Below, one piece after another: positions 47,357 through 57,441 of a DNA stretch of 64,000 nt. Each line of letters begins with the position of its first letter. The first letter of the stretch is position 1. Position numbers and translations under genes: made by a program. Under the pieces are notes generated by a model that saw nothing but the letters and a program-made list of their open reading frames with translations, ran no database searches and was not told where the DNA came from. Source of the stretch: Flavobacteriales bacterium (GTDB lineage: Bacteria; Bacteroidota; Bacteroidia; Flavobacteriales_F; PHOS-HE28); assembly GCA_019638115.1 (NCBI GenBank), contig JAHBUK010000001.1, positions 416,287 through 480,286 on the forward strand. Direction: 5' to 3'.

Positions 47357-48655
47357 CTACAAGCTCCAGTACCGCAGCTCCTTCACCTTGTTCCGGAATA
47401 CGCCCTTCAGATCCACCAGCACACCTTTCGGCTTCAGCATGCCCTTGAACCAGGCTTCGTCCTTGCTTGCGTACTCGCTGTGGTTCACGGCGACGATGAT
47501 GGCGTCGTAGGGACCTTTCATCTCCGGGGCAAGTTCGTAACCGTATTCGTGCTTCACCTCGGCGGCATCGGCGTGCGGATCGGTCACGTCCACCTGGCAG
47601 CTGAAGCTCTTCAGCTCGTTGATCACATCGGCCACCTTGCTGTTGCGGATGTCGGTGACGTTCTCCTTGAAGGTGGCGCCCATCACCAGCACCCGCGCAT
47701 CGGCGGGGTTGGTGCCGCCGCTGATGATCTTCTTCACGGTCTGCTTGGCCACGTAGCCGCCCATGCTGTCGTTCACGAAGCGGCCGGCATCGATGATCTG
47801 CGCGTGGTAGCCCAGTTCCTTGGCCTTGTAAACGAGGTAGTAGGGATCCACACCGATGCAGTGGCCGCCCACCAGGCCCGGCTGGAACTTCAGGAAATTC
47901 CACTTGGTGCCCGCGGCCGCCAGCACATCGTAGGTGTTGATGCCCATGCGGTTGAAGATGATCGAGAGTTCGTTTATCAGGGCGATGTTCACGTCGCGCT
48001 GGGTGTTCTCGATGATCTTGGCGGCCTCGGCCACCTTGATGCTGGCTGCGCGGTGCACACCGGCTTTCACCACCAGCTCGTACACCTTGGCGATCAGCTC
48101 GGCGCTCTCGGGATCGCAGCCGCTGCTCACCTTCACGATGCTCTCCAAGGTGTGCTCCTTGTCCCCTGGGTTGATGCGCTCGGGGCTATAGCCCACCTTG
48201 AAGTCGTCCACGAACTTCAGCTTGCTGAGCTCCTCCAGCAAAGGCACGCAGTCCTCTTCCGTGCAGCCGGGGTACACGGTGCTTTCGTACACCACGAAAT
48301 CGCCCTTCTTCAACACCTGGCCCACGGTGCGCGTGGCGCCGAGCAGGGGGGTCAGGTCGGGGATGTTCTGCGTGTCGATCGGTGTGGGCACGGCCACGAT
48401 GAAGAACTCCACGTCCTTCAGATCGTTGAGGTCGGCGGTGAAATGGATGTCGCAGCCCTCGAACTCGGAAGCCTCCAACTCATTGCTTGGGTCCTCGTTG
48501 CGGCGCATCATGTCCACGCGTTGCTGGTTGATGTCGAAGCCCACCACCTTGATCTTGCGGGCGAAGGCCAGCGCGATGGGAAGGCCCACATAGCCCAATC
48601 CGATCACGGCCAGCTTGGCATCCTTCTTCAGGAGCCGGTCATACAGGTTGCTCAT
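47357..48655 (-). CDS. UDP-N-acetylhexosamine 6-dehydrogenase (WbpA/TviB-like)
   Basis: IGLGYVGLP, VAVPTP, YESTVYPG, YSPERINPGD, AEAAKIIENTQRD, GLVGGHCIGVDPYY. Confidence 0.92.
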   Translation of the reverse strand: MSNLYDRLLKKDAKLAVIGLGYVGLPIALAFARKIKVVGFDINQQRVDMMRRNEDPSNELEASEFEGCDIHFTADLNDLKDVEFFIVAVPTPIDTQNIPDLTPLLGATRTVGQVLKKGDFVVYESTVYPGCTEEDCVPLLEELSKLKFVDDFKVGYSPERINPGDKEHTLESIVKVSSGCDPESAELIAKVYELVVKAGVHRAASIKVAEAAKIIENTQRDVNIALINELSIIFNRMGINTYDVLAAAGTKWNFLKFQPGLVGGHCIGVDPYYLVYKAKELGYHAQIIDAGRFVNDSMGGYVAKQTVKKIISGGTNPADARVLVMGATFKENVTDIRNSKVADVINELKSFSCQVDVTDPHADAAEVKHEYGYELAPEMKGPYDAIIVAVNHSEYASKDEAWFKGMLKPKGVLVDLKGVFRNKVKELRYWSL

Positions 48656-49676
48656 TCCGCTTCTGGTAAATGCGTTCTATGATCTCCACCACCTTCAAGC
48701 CTTCCAAGGCGTTGGTGGTGAGCGTTGTTCTTCCTTTCAGGGTATCCACCACATTGTCCACGATGAAGCCGTGGTTGTTGGCGCTGCCCTTGTAATGGCC
48801 GTAGTCATTGGCCGGATTGGTGGGCGCCAGCTCGGGCATCTCGTAGCCCTTGATGTGGCAGTACTCCACCTTGTCCATGTACTGCCCGCCCACCTTCACG
48901 CTCCCCTTGGAGCCGATGATGGTCATGCTGCTCTCCAGGTTCCTGTCCCAAACGGCGGTGCTGTAGTTGATGCAGCCCATGCCGCCGTTCAGGAAACGGA
49001 AGTTCACCAGGCCACTGTCCTCGAAGGTGGTGAGGCCCTTGTGGTTGAAGTCGGCGAACCTGCCTTGGATCTCCGTGATATCGCCGAACAGCCAGTACAG
49101 GATGTCCACGAAATGGCTGAACTGGGTGAAGAGCGTGCCGCCATCCATGTCGGAGGAGCCCTTCCAGTTGCCGGGTTTGTAGTAGCGCTCGTCGCGGTTC
49201 CAGTAGCAGTTCACCTGCACCAGGAAGATGTCGCCCAGATGCCCTTCATCCACCAACTGCTTCAGCCACTGGCTGGGTGGGCTGTAGCGGTTCTGCATCA
49301 CGCAGAACACGGTGCGGTGCACCTGCAGGGCCTTGTAGATGATGGCCTCGCAATCGGCCTTGGTGAGGGCCATGGGCTTCTCCACGATCACGTGCTTGCG
49401 CTGCTCCAGGGCAAGGATGCTCTGCCGGGCATGCAGGCCGTTGGGGGTGCAGATGTTCACCACATCGATCCCGGGCATGGCCGCGAGCATGGCTCCCATG
49501 TCCTCGAAGACCGGTACACCGAAGTGCTCAATGCCGAGCTCCGTGCTTGGACGGGGATCGCACAAAGCCACCAACTCCCCTTCCGGGTGCCGCCCCACCA
49601 TCTCCGCATGGCGCTTGCCGATGTGGCCGCAGCCGACCACGGCGAACTTCATTTTGTGCTCTGGAGGTAGTGACAT
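48639..49676 (-). CDS. Gfo/Idh/MocA oxidoreductase (WbpB-like)
   Basis: VVGCGHIG, ICTPNGLH, VEKPM, MQNRY, WNRDERYY, DGGTLFTQFSH. Confidence 0.9.
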   Translation of the reverse strand: MSLPPEHKMKFAVVGCGHIGKRHAEMVGRHPEGELVALCDPRPSTELGIEHFGVPVFEDMGAMLAAMPGIDVVNICTPNGLHARQSILALEQRKHVIVEKPMALTKADCEAIIYKALQVHRTVFCVMQNRYSPPSQWLKQLVDEGHLGDIFLVQVNCYWNRDERYYKPGNWKGSSDMDGGTLFTQFSHFVDILYWLFGDITEIQGRFADFNHKGLTTFEDSGLVNFRFLNGGMGCINYSTAVWDRNLESSMTIIGSKGSVKVGGQYMDKVEYCHIKGYEMPELAPTNPANDYGHYKGSANNHGFIVDNVVDTLKGRTTLTTNALEGLKVVEIIERIYQKRNEQPV

Positions 49677-49729
49677 CGCTCGGGGTTCAGCTGATCAACG
49701 TCCGAGAGGATATGGAAGCGGTCAGAAGC

Positions 49730-49809
49730 TCACACGGAGACACAGAGACACGGAGAAGCCCAACAGGCCAGCGTAGCTGGTGGCTCCGTGGCTCCGTGGC
49801 TCCGTGTGA
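49730..49809. repeat. Inverted repeat of 8 bp tandem units (CACGGAGA-type)
   Basis: TCACACGGAGACACAGAGACACGGAG (49730-49755) versus CTCCGTGGCTCCGTGGCTCCGTGTGA (49784-49809); 3 mismatches in 26 bp. Confidence 0.85.
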
Positions 49810-49919
49810 CAGCATCGCTTCATCAAACCCATCAAGCTCCACCATCGCACGATGCGGATACCAAGTCTCAATGAGCGGCACCGCACGCACTGGCAGTTCG
49901 GGGGAACATGTCCTATTGC

Positions 49920-50492
49920 TCATGCGATCCGTGTTACCCGGCCATCGGCCAGCTTGTACTGCTGCCCACTCTCCGGACATTCCGCCTCACCAGCCTCGTT
50001 GAACTTCAGTTTGTGGCCGTATTCGCTCATCCAACCGCTATGACGCGCAGGGTTGCCTACCACCAAGGCATAGTCCGGCACTTCCTTGGTGACCACCGCC
50101 CCGGCACCGATGAAGGCGAAGCGACCGATGTCGTGCCCGCAGACGATGGTAGCGTTGGCCCCAATGGAGGCGCCCTGCTTAACCAGCGTGCGCAGGTATT
50201 GATCGCGTCGGGCCACGGCACTGCGCGGATTGATCACGTTAGTGAACACCATGCTGGGGCCGAGGAAGACATCGTCCTCGCACTCCACGCCGGTGTAGAT
50301 GCTCACGTTGTTCTGCACCTTCACGTTGCGCCCCAGCTTCACGCCAGGGCTCACCACCACGTTCTGCCCAATGTTGCAGCCATCGCCAATGGTGCAGCCC
50401 GGCATGATGTGGCTGAAGTGCCAGATGCGCACACCCTCACCGATGGTGCAGCCTTCGTCGATGACGGCGGTGGGGTGGGCGGTGTAGGGCAT
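49920..50492 (-). CDS. Hexapeptide-repeat N-acetyltransferase (WbpD-like)
   Basis: [46 protein letters not shown]. Confidence 0.92.
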   Translation of the reverse strand: MPYTAHPTAVIDEGCTIGEGVRIWHFSHIMPGCTIGDGCNIGQNVVVSPGVKLGRNVKVQNNVSIYTGVECEDDVFLGPSMVFTNVINPRSAVARRDQYLRTLVKQGASIGANATIVCGHDIGRFAFIGAGAVVTKEVPDYALVVGNPARHSGWMSEYGHKLKFNEAGEAECPESGQQYKLADGRVTRIA

Positions 50493-50613
50493 GATAGCAT
50501 GTGGTCATGTGCCCATGTGCTCATGGACCCACGCCGAAGGGCTGCGAAGGTACCGAAGGGGGGCGTATCTTGTCGGGGCATCTGAAGGCTGGTTTAACAG
50601 AACACCCCCCAAC

Positions 50614-51519
50614 ATGCGTATACTCCTGACCATCCTATTGCTTACACCCACGCTGATCAGTACGGCTCAAGAATGGTGTACGCCAGGAGCCAAATGGAGC
50701 TATCAGATCGATGGTTGGTTCATCCAGACCCAGGATACCTATACCTACTTGGCGGACACGTTCTATGAAGGCCGGATGGCGCAAAAGATCCAAGTCCATT
50801 CCCTAGGAACCCTGTTGGGTAGTATCCCCCCTGAGGAAGTCGACGAGATCTGGACAGAATTCACCGCTGTAGAAGATGGTATCGTATGGATCTGGAAGAC
50901 CTATGGGGGGACCCCAAGTTGGGATACCCTCTACTGGTTCGGCGCACAAGTAGGAGATCGTTGGTGGCCTATTGCACATCCTTTGGAATGCCCACCCTTT
51001 GGCATGTTGGAAGTGGTATCCACGGGAAGCATGGAGTTACAGGGGGTCGAGCTGGCCACGGTCACGGTGGTGATCATAAATGAGGACGGTGAACCGTACT
51101 CCCTTCCTTTTACGATCACGGAGCGGATCGGCAGCATCCCACGCATTGTGCCATCGTACTTCTGCAATTTGATCATCGAGTATCCCTTTATTCCCGGGGC
51201 CTGTTATGCGGACCAGGAGATCGAGTTCTCACTAGGGGGCTTGGACTGTACACTGACAGTTAATGTTGAGCAAGAAAATGATCGGGTTGATAAGCCGACC
51301 CTCCACCCCAACCCCGGCACCACATTCCAACTCACCGGCATCGGCCAAAGCCCTGCCCTGATGCGTATGCTGGATGTTCAGGGCCGTACGGTACACGAAG
51401 GCCTGTTTGTTACGGAGCATTCGATGGTCGACATCCCGGGGCTGAATGCGGGCACCTACTTGGTACACTTGCAGTTCAGCGATGGTCGCCGGGAAGTATT
51501 GCGCTGGACCAAGGAGTAG
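50614..51519 (+). CDS. Secreted T9SS (type A CTD) protein
   Basis: Signal peptide, QEWCTPGAKWSY, DTLYWFGAQVGDRW, ITERIGS, LHPNPG...AGTYLV...RWTKE. Confidence 0.8.
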   Translation: MRILLTILLLTPTLISTAQEWCTPGAKWSYQIDGWFIQTQDTYTYLADTFYEGRMAQKIQVHSLGTLLGSIPPEEVDEIWTEFTAVEDGIVWIWKTYGGTPSWDTLYWFGAQVGDRWWPIAHPLECPPFGMLEVVSTGSMELQGVELATVTVVIINEDGEPYSLPFTITERIGSIPRIVPSYFCNLIIEYPFIPGACYADQEIEFSLGGLDCTLTVNVEQENDRVDKPTLHPNPGTTFQLTGIGQSPALMRMLDVQGRTVHEGLFVTEHSMVDIPGLNAGTYLVHLQFSDGRREVLRWTKE

Positions 51520-51680
51520 AAGCCATCTCAAAACAATCCTTCGGGCTGCGCCGGGGTCTTTTTCGGCCATCCATCGTTGCTCAACCCTTACAGAGCATCC
51601 AGCTTTGCGCGGGTTTCGCGCCTTGGCTGGCCGCAAAATCCCTCCGGCTCGCTGCCAAAAACTATTTTGAGATGGCTTCT
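51518..51680. mobile_element. MITE-like element, 163 bp, 16 bp perfect terminal inverted repeats
   Basis: AGAAGCCATCTCAAAA (51518-51533) / TTTTGAGATGGCTTCT (51665-51680); non-coding interior. Confidence 0.75.
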
Positions 51681-51702
51681 TGCTTGTCAGACGGCAACCG
51701 CT

Positions 51703-52626
51703 TCACGGAGCATCCGGCAGCAGCAAGTCCAGCGCATCTTCCAGCTTCACTGCTTCTGGCAGCGCACCGATGTTCTGCAAAGCCTGCATGACCTCGCCCA
51801 AGGCTTCGGGGTGCAGCTTCTGTCCGGTATTCCAACGCACGCCGCTGAACCAGGCCTGTGCATCCTCCAGCTCCAGCTTGTAGCGCTGGGCGATCATTTC
51901 CGAAGCGGTCTTCTTCTGCATAAGCCCTGCGGCCTGATCCCGGATCACCTTCAAGGCGCGCAACACCTTGTCGGGGTGCTCCGCCAGCACGGCATCGGAA
52001 GCCACCAACACGAACGCTGGCCAAGGGTTCTGGTACTCGTCCACGCGCAGCAACTCACCGGCATCCACATAGGGCTTGGTGGTGTACTTCTCCCACAGGA
52101 AAGCGGCCGGGGCGGCTTGCTGCAAGCGGACCAAAGCGCCCTTCAGGTCGTTCACCACCTCCAGGTCCTGCGTTTGCAGGGTGCGGCCATGCGCACCGGC
52201 ATAGGCCATGGCCACCAGGTGGCTGCCCGAATTGGGCCGACTGATGGCATAAGGGACCGAGGCCAACTGCTCCGGGCTTTGCATACCGGAACCAGCTCCC
52301 ACGTGTACGCCCCAGGTCAGTGGCGTATCCACGTAGGCCGCCACGATCCTGGCCGGGTTGCCGTTCAGGATGTCGCGCACGGCACCCTCGGTGACCATGA
52401 TAGCCAGGTCCAGTTCGCCCTTGCGCAACAGTTCGCACATGGCGCCGGTGCCTTCCGGAACGGTGCGCCACTTCAGCTCGATGCCGGCGCGCACGAAGGC
52501 ACGACGCTCCAAGGCCAGCATCCACGGCAGGTTGAAGTGCTCGGGCACCCCAGCTATGCGGAGCGTGGTGAGTTCGCGCTGCTCCTCGGCCGCAGCAGCA
52601 ATGGGGTTCTTTCGCTTGGTCTTCAC
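51703..52626 (-). CDS. Periplasmic-binding-protein type 2 (NMT1/THI5-like) substrate-binding protein
   Basis: LRIAGVPEHFNLPW, PEGTGAM, TPLTWGVH, SGSHL, FLWEKYTTKP, WPAFV. The GTG start at 52626 is inferred. Confidence 0.8.
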   Translation of the reverse strand: MKTKRKNPIAAAAEEQRELTTLRIAGVPEHFNLPWMLALERRAFVRAGIELKWRTVPEGTGAMCELLRKGELDLAIMVTEGAVRDILNGNPARIVAAYVDTPLTWGVHVGAGSGMQSPEQLASVPYAISRPNSGSHLVAMAYAGAHGRTLQTQDLEVVNDLKGALVRLQQAAPAAFLWEKYTTKPYVDAGELLRVDEYQNPWPAFVLVASDAVLAEHPDKVLRALKVIRDQAAGLMQKKTASEMIAQRYKLELEDAQAWFSGVRWNTGQKLHPEALGEVMQALQNIGALPEAVKLEDALDLLLPDAP

Positions 52627-52836
52627 GGTGAAGTGATGGGGCGTAAAGGTCCGATTTGCCCAGCATTGGAACTGGAACGAATGGAACACAGGACGGAATG
52701 CTGGTCTTGGTCAATGCCAACTCCGAGGTTTCCCGTTGCGTTCCAGCGGTCGGCACCACTTCATGCCATGACCGCAAATCCATAGTCGCACTATGGATTT
52801 GCGGTCATCGAACAATCGAAGCAGGTCAAATGACCC

Positions 52837-53829
52837 CTACTTCCGCACATACCCCTCGAAACTGAAGTGCTCCTTCTCGTTCAGCTCCTCTTGGGTAAGG
52901 CTCTTGAAGTAGTCGTAGGTGATCTTAAGACCCGTGGCGCGATCCACCTTGGGTTCCCACTGCAGCAGCTTCTTGGCCAGGGTGATGTCCGGCTGGCGCT
53001 GCATGGGATCATCCTGCGGCAGGGGCTTGTAGATCACCTTTTGGGTGGTGCCCGTGAGCTTGATGATCTCCTCGGCGAACTGCGCGATGGTGATCTCGCT
53101 GGGGTTGCCCACGTTCACCGGACCGGCATAGTCGCTGAGCAGTAGGCGGTAGATGCCTTCCACCAGGTCGTCCACGTAGCAAAAGCTGCGGGTCTGGCGG
53201 CCATCACCGAACACGGTGAGGTCCTCGCCTCGCAAAGCCTGGCCGATGAATGCTGGCAACACGCGGCCGTCGTTCAGACGCATGCGCGGGCCGTAAGTGT
53301 TGAAGATGCGCACGATGCGCGTCTCCACCCCGTGGTAGGTGTGGTAGGCCATGGTGATGGCCTCCTGGAAACGTTTGGCCTCGTCATACACGCCGCGCGG
53401 GCCAACGGTGTTCACGTGGCCCCAGTAATCTTCGGGCTGCGGGTGTACCTGTGGGTCGCCGTAGATCTCGCTGGTGCTGGCCACCAGGATCCGCGCGCCT
53501 TTCGCCTTGGCCAGGCCGAGCAGGTTGTGCGTGCCCAGTGAGCTCACCTTCAGGGTCTGGATCGGGATCTTCAGGTAATCGATCGGCGAGGCAGGGCTGG
53601 CGAAGTGCAGGATGTACTTCAGCTCGCCCGGCACATGCACGTACTTGCTCACATCGTGGTTGTAGAACTCGAACTGCTCCAGTTTGAAGAGGTGTTCGAT
53701 GTTCTTCAGCCTGCCGGTGATGAGGTTGTCCATGGCAATGACATGGTAACCTTCTTTTATGAAGCGGTCGCAGAGGTGCGAGCCAAGGAAACCGGCAGCA
53801 CCGGTGATGAGGACACGTTCGCGTTTCAT
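52837..53829 (-). CDS. UDP-glucuronate decarboxylase-like SDR (UXS family)
   Basis: [60 protein letters not shown]. Confidence 0.9.
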   Translation of the reverse strand: MKRERVLITGAAGFLGSHLCDRFIKEGYHVIAMDNLITGRLKNIEHLFKLEQFEFYNHDVSKYVHVPGELKYILHFASPASPIDYLKIPIQTLKVSSLGTHNLLGLAKAKGARILVASTSEIYGDPQVHPQPEDYWGHVNTVGPRGVYDEAKRFQEAITMAYHTYHGVETRIVRIFNTYGPRMRLNDGRVLPAFIGQALRGEDLTVFGDGRQTRSFCYVDDLVEGIYRLLLSDYAGPVNVGNPSEITIAQFAEEIIKLTGTTQKVIYKPLPQDDPMQRQPDITLAKKLLQWEPKVDRATGLKITYDYFKSLTQEELNEKEHFSFEGYVRK

Positions 53830-53836
53830 GCGGTGT

Positions 53837-53998
53837 GGGGGGGAGGATGAAGGAGGTGAAGGAGGTGAAGGAGGTGAAGGAAGTGAGGAAGGCGAAGGGT
53901 GATGTAATGCGAGGTGAGGTCGGGACCTGACTGGTAAGCTCGATGGATATGAGGAGGCCCTCCTCCTTATCCTCCATCACCTCCCTGCCTTCCCTCTC
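53837..53998. repeat. Inverted repeat of 9 bp tandem units
   Basis: (AGGAGGTGA)n arm at 53837-53904 and complementary CCTCCTCCTTATCCTCCATCACCTCC arm at 53958-53998. Confidence 0.8.
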
Positions 53999-54003
53999 GG
54001 CAT

Positions 54004-55320
54004 TCAGGCTTCAACGGTCTGGCGGCCAACGCTCACGTAGCGGAAGCCGAGTTCCTTCATTTCATCGAGGTCATAGAGGTTGCGGCCATCGAAGATCACC
54101 TTCTCCGTTAGCGCCTCGGCAACACGCTTGAAGTCGGGCGTGCGGAACAAGGCCCACTCGGTGGCCACGATCAGCGCATCGGCACCTTTCAAGGCTTCGT
54201 ACTCGTCCTTGGCGAAGGCGACCTTGTCGCCCATCAACTTGCCCACGTTGGGCATGGCCTCGGGGTCGAAGGCGGTAACGGTGGCACCGGCTGCCACCAG
54301 CGCATCGATCACGTACAGGGCGGGTGCCTCGCGGATGTCGTCGGTATCGGGCTTGAAGGCCAGGCCCCACAAGGCGAAATGCTTGCCCTTGAGCTCACCA
54401 CCGAAGTGTGCCTTGATCTTGGGGATGATGGATGTCTTCTGCTGCTCGTTCACTTCCATCACGCTCTTGATGATCTGGAACTCGTAGCCGGCATCGCCGC
54501 CGCTCTTGGCCAGCGCCTGCACGTCCTTGGGGAAGCAGCTACCACCGTACCCGATGCCGGGGAAGAGGAAGCGCTTGCCGATGCGGGTGTCGGTACCCAT
54601 GCCGATGCGCACCTTGTCCACGTCGGCACCCACGCGCTCGCAGAAATTCGCGATCTCGTTCATGAAGGTGATCTTGGTGGCGAGGAAGGCGTTGGCGGCA
54701 TACTTGGTGAGCTCCGCGCTGCGCTCATCCATGAAGATGATGGGATTGCCTTGGCGCACGAAGGGTTTGTAGAGGTCCTCCATCACCTTGCGGGCACGCT
54801 CGCTGCTGGTACCCACCACCACGCGATCGGGCTTCAGGAAATCATCCACGGCGAAGCCTTCGCGCAGGAACTCGGGGTTGCTCACCACATCGAAGAGGTC
54901 TTCCTTGGCGTTCTTGGCCAACGCGGCATGCACCTTTTCGGCGGTACCCACGGGCACGGTGCTCTTGTCCACGATCACCTTGTAATCGGTGATGATCTTG
55001 CCAAGGTCGTCTGCCACGCCCAGCACGTACTTCAGGTCGGCGCTGCCGTCCTCGCCGGGGGGCGTGGGCAGGGCCAGGAAGATGATCTGCGCATCCTTGA
55101 TGGCGCTGGCCAGATCGGTGGTGAAGCTGAGGCGGCCTTGGCGGATGTTGCGCTCAAAGAGCACATCGAGGTGCGGCTCGTAGATGGGCACCTTGCCATC
55201 CTTCATCATTTGCACCTTGTTGGCGTCGATGTCCACACAGATCACGTGGTTGCCGGTCTCGGCGAAGCAGGTTCCTGTTACAAGGCCCACGTATCCGGTG
55301 CCTACTACTGCGATGTTCAT
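54004..55320 (-). CDS. ugd: UDP-glucose 6-dehydrogenase
   Basis: VVGTGYVGLV, KSTVPVGT, SNPEFLREG, AELTKYAAN, GYGGSCFPKD, GLAFKPDTDDIRE. Confidence 0.95.
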   Translation of the reverse strand: MNIAVVGTGYVGLVTGTCFAETGNHVICVDIDANKVQMMKDGKVPIYEPHLDVLFERNIRQGRLSFTTDLASAIKDAQIIFLALPTPPGEDGSADLKYVLGVADDLGKIITDYKVIVDKSTVPVGTAEKVHAALAKNAKEDLFDVVSNPEFLREGFAVDDFLKPDRVVVGTSSERARKVMEDLYKPFVRQGNPIIFMDERSAELTKYAANAFLATKITFMNEIANFCERVGADVDKVRIGMGTDTRIGKRFLFPGIGYGGSCFPKDVQALAKSGGDAGYEFQIIKSVMEVNEQQKTSIIPKIKAHFGGELKGKHFALWGLAFKPDTDDIREAPALYVIDALVAAGATVTAFDPEAMPNVGKLMGDKVAFAKDEYEALKGADALIVATEWALFRTPDFKRVAEALTEKVIFDGRNLYDLDEMKELGFRYVSVGRQTVEA

Positions 55321-55390
55321 TGGAATGGTTGGGGGTTGTGCGTTGGGTGCTTGAGGGTTGGCGAACTGCCGACCACGCTCTGCCAACTGC

Positions 55391-56527
55391 TTACTGGTTG
55401 TTCTTGAAGAAAGCCTTCACGGCCGATGTGATATGGTCCAGCTGCTGCTGATCGAGTTCCGTGCTCATGGGTAGGCTGAGCACTTGTTCCATGAGCATTT
55501 CGGTGACCGGCAAATCTCCTTTGCGGATCCCATAACCCTCATAGGCTTTTTGAAGGTGCAATGGGACCGGGTAGTAGATCATGGCTGGAATGTCCGAACG
55601 TTCAAGGTGGGCCTTCAACGCATCTCTCAAGTCGCCGGTTACGCGCAATGTGTACTGATGGAAAACATGGGTACTGTCCGCGCTCCGCTGGGGGGTGTGC
55701 ACGTTTTGCAAACCAGCAAAAGCGGCATCGTAATGCGCAGCGGCGGCCTGCCTGGCCTGCCCATAGGCATCCAGGTGGCGCAGTTTGATGCGCAGAATGG
55801 CGGCTTGAATGCTGTCCAATCGGCTGTTCACGCCCACCACATCGTGGTAGTAGCGCACTTCGCTACCATGGTTGCACACTTGACGGATCCGCTTGGCAAG
55901 GGCATCGTCGTTGGTGAAGATCGCGCCACCGTCCCCATAGCAACCCAGGTTCTTGCTGGGGAAGAAACTGGTGGTGCCCACATGACCGATGGTACCCGCT
56001 TTCTTCTTGGAGCCATCCGGAAAGGTGTAATCGCTACCCACCGCCTGGCAATTGTCTTCGATCACATGGAGGTCATGCTCCTGGGCGATGGCCATGATGG
56101 CGGCCATATCGGCGGTTTGCCCGAAAAGATGAACGGGCACTATGGCCTTGGTACGCGGCGTGATCTTGCGCTTTACATCTTCCGGATCGATGTTGAAGGT
56201 ACCGGGCAACACCTCGGCGAACACCGGCCGCAGACCGAGCAAGGCCACCACTTCCACCGTGGCCACGAAGGTGAAGCTCGGCGTGATCACCTCGTCGCCG
56301 GGCTGCAGGCCAAGGGCCATCATGGCGATCTGTAGCGCATCGGTGCCGTTCGCACATCCTATGGCGTGCTTCACATCCAGGTAGCTGGCCAGCTCCTGCT
56401 CAAAGGCCTTCACCTCCGGGCCATTGATGAACTGCGCACGCTCCATAACGCCGAGCACAGCGCTATCCACCTCGTTCTTGATCTTGGCGTACTGGCCGAC
56501 GAGGTCGACCATCTGGATGGGCTTCAT
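55391..56527 (-). CDS. DegT/DnrJ/EryC1/StrS aminotransferase (WbpE-like)
   Basis: ANGTDALQIA, PVHLFGQ, IEDNCQA, SFFPSKNLGCYGDGG, GVNSRLDSIQAA, LSLPM. Confidence 0.93.
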   Translation of the reverse strand: MKPIQMVDLVGQYAKIKNEVDSAVLGVMERAQFINGPEVKAFEQELASYLDVKHAIGCANGTDALQIAMMALGLQPGDEVITPSFTFVATVEVVALLGLRPVFAEVLPGTFNIDPEDVKRKITPRTKAIVPVHLFGQTADMAAIMAIAQEHDLHVIEDNCQAVGSDYTFPDGSKKKAGTIGHVGTTSFFPSKNLGCYGDGGAIFTNDDALAKRIRQVCNHGSEVRYYHDVVGVNSRLDSIQAAILRIKLRHLDAYGQARQAAAAHYDAAFAGLQNVHTPQRSADSTHVFHQYTLRVTGDLRDALKAHLERSDIPAMIYYPVPLHLQKAYEGYGIRKGDLPVTEMLMEQVLSLPMSTELDQQQLDHITSAVKAFFKNNQ

Positions 56528-56688
56528 GAAGTATGATGTGTGATAGTGCCTACCGCTCAGGCATTGTGAAGTGGCGCGGCGGGCGCGAAGATAAGCGGCC
56601 ACTCGCCGGGTGTACTCTTGCGGAGCTTATGAGAACACACGCGTCGGAACGCTTCCGCCTTGGCTCGCCTGGGCTAACTTCGCGCACC

Positions 56689-57441
56689 ATGCGCGCCCTC
56701 CGAACGCTTCTCCTGTTACTTCCCCTGTGCCAGCAAGTGCATGCGCAGGTCAGCATACGCGATACCTCCATGGCACTTACTGCGGTGAGCGCCAGTTATG
56801 CTTACCAGATACCGGGTGGCGATATGGCGCTCCGCTTCGGAGGCAACAGCAACCTGGGGATCAACGTGCTGCGCAAGTTCCCCAGCAACTACCTGATTGG
56901 CCTTGAAGGCGCCTTCCTGTTCGGGAACCAGGTGCGTGAGTCGGGGCTATTGCGCAACGTGATCACACGCGAAGGGCAGATCGTTGACCAGGATGGTGTG
57001 ATGGCCGACATCCAACTGTTCGAGCGCGGATATACCATCATGGCCGTGGCCGGCAAGATCATTCCGGTGGCCGGCCCCAACCCGAATTCCGGCCTTATGC
57101 TGAAACTGGGCTTCGGGTACATACGCCACAAGATCCGCATCCAGACACAGAAGAACGAAGTGCCAAACCTGCAAGGTGATTACCTGCAGGGGTATGACCG
57201 CTTGAGCGCGGGCCCTGCTTCCATGCTCTACATCGGCTATCAGCACTTCGGCAACCGCGGTCGGATCAACTTCAACATCGGCTTTGAAATGACCACGGGC
57301 TTTACGCAACCGCTTCGGGCATTCAACTTCGACACGGAGCGGGCCGAAACGGGCACTCGCTTCGATGGCCTTATGGGCTTGCGGGCAGGTTGGTCCCTGC
57401 CGATCTACAAGCGGCGCGACGACCGCATCCACTTCTACTGA
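56689..57441 (+). CDS. Hypothetical outer-membrane beta-barrel-like protein
   Basis: Signal peptide, amphipathic beta strands, aromatic C-terminus; TAACTTCG box at 56675. Confidence 0.65.
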   Translation: MRALRTLLLLLPLCQQVHAQVSIRDTSMALTAVSASYAYQIPGGDMALRFGGNSNLGINVLRKFPSNYLIGLEGAFLFGNQVRESGLLRNVITREGQIVDQDGVMADIQLFERGYTIMAVAGKIIPVAGPNPNSGLMLKLGFGYIRHKIRIQTQKNEVPNLQGDYLQGYDRLSAGPASMLYIGYQHFGNRGRINFNIGFEMTTGFTQPLRAFNFDTERAETGTRFDGLMGLRAGWSLPIYKRRDDRIHFY

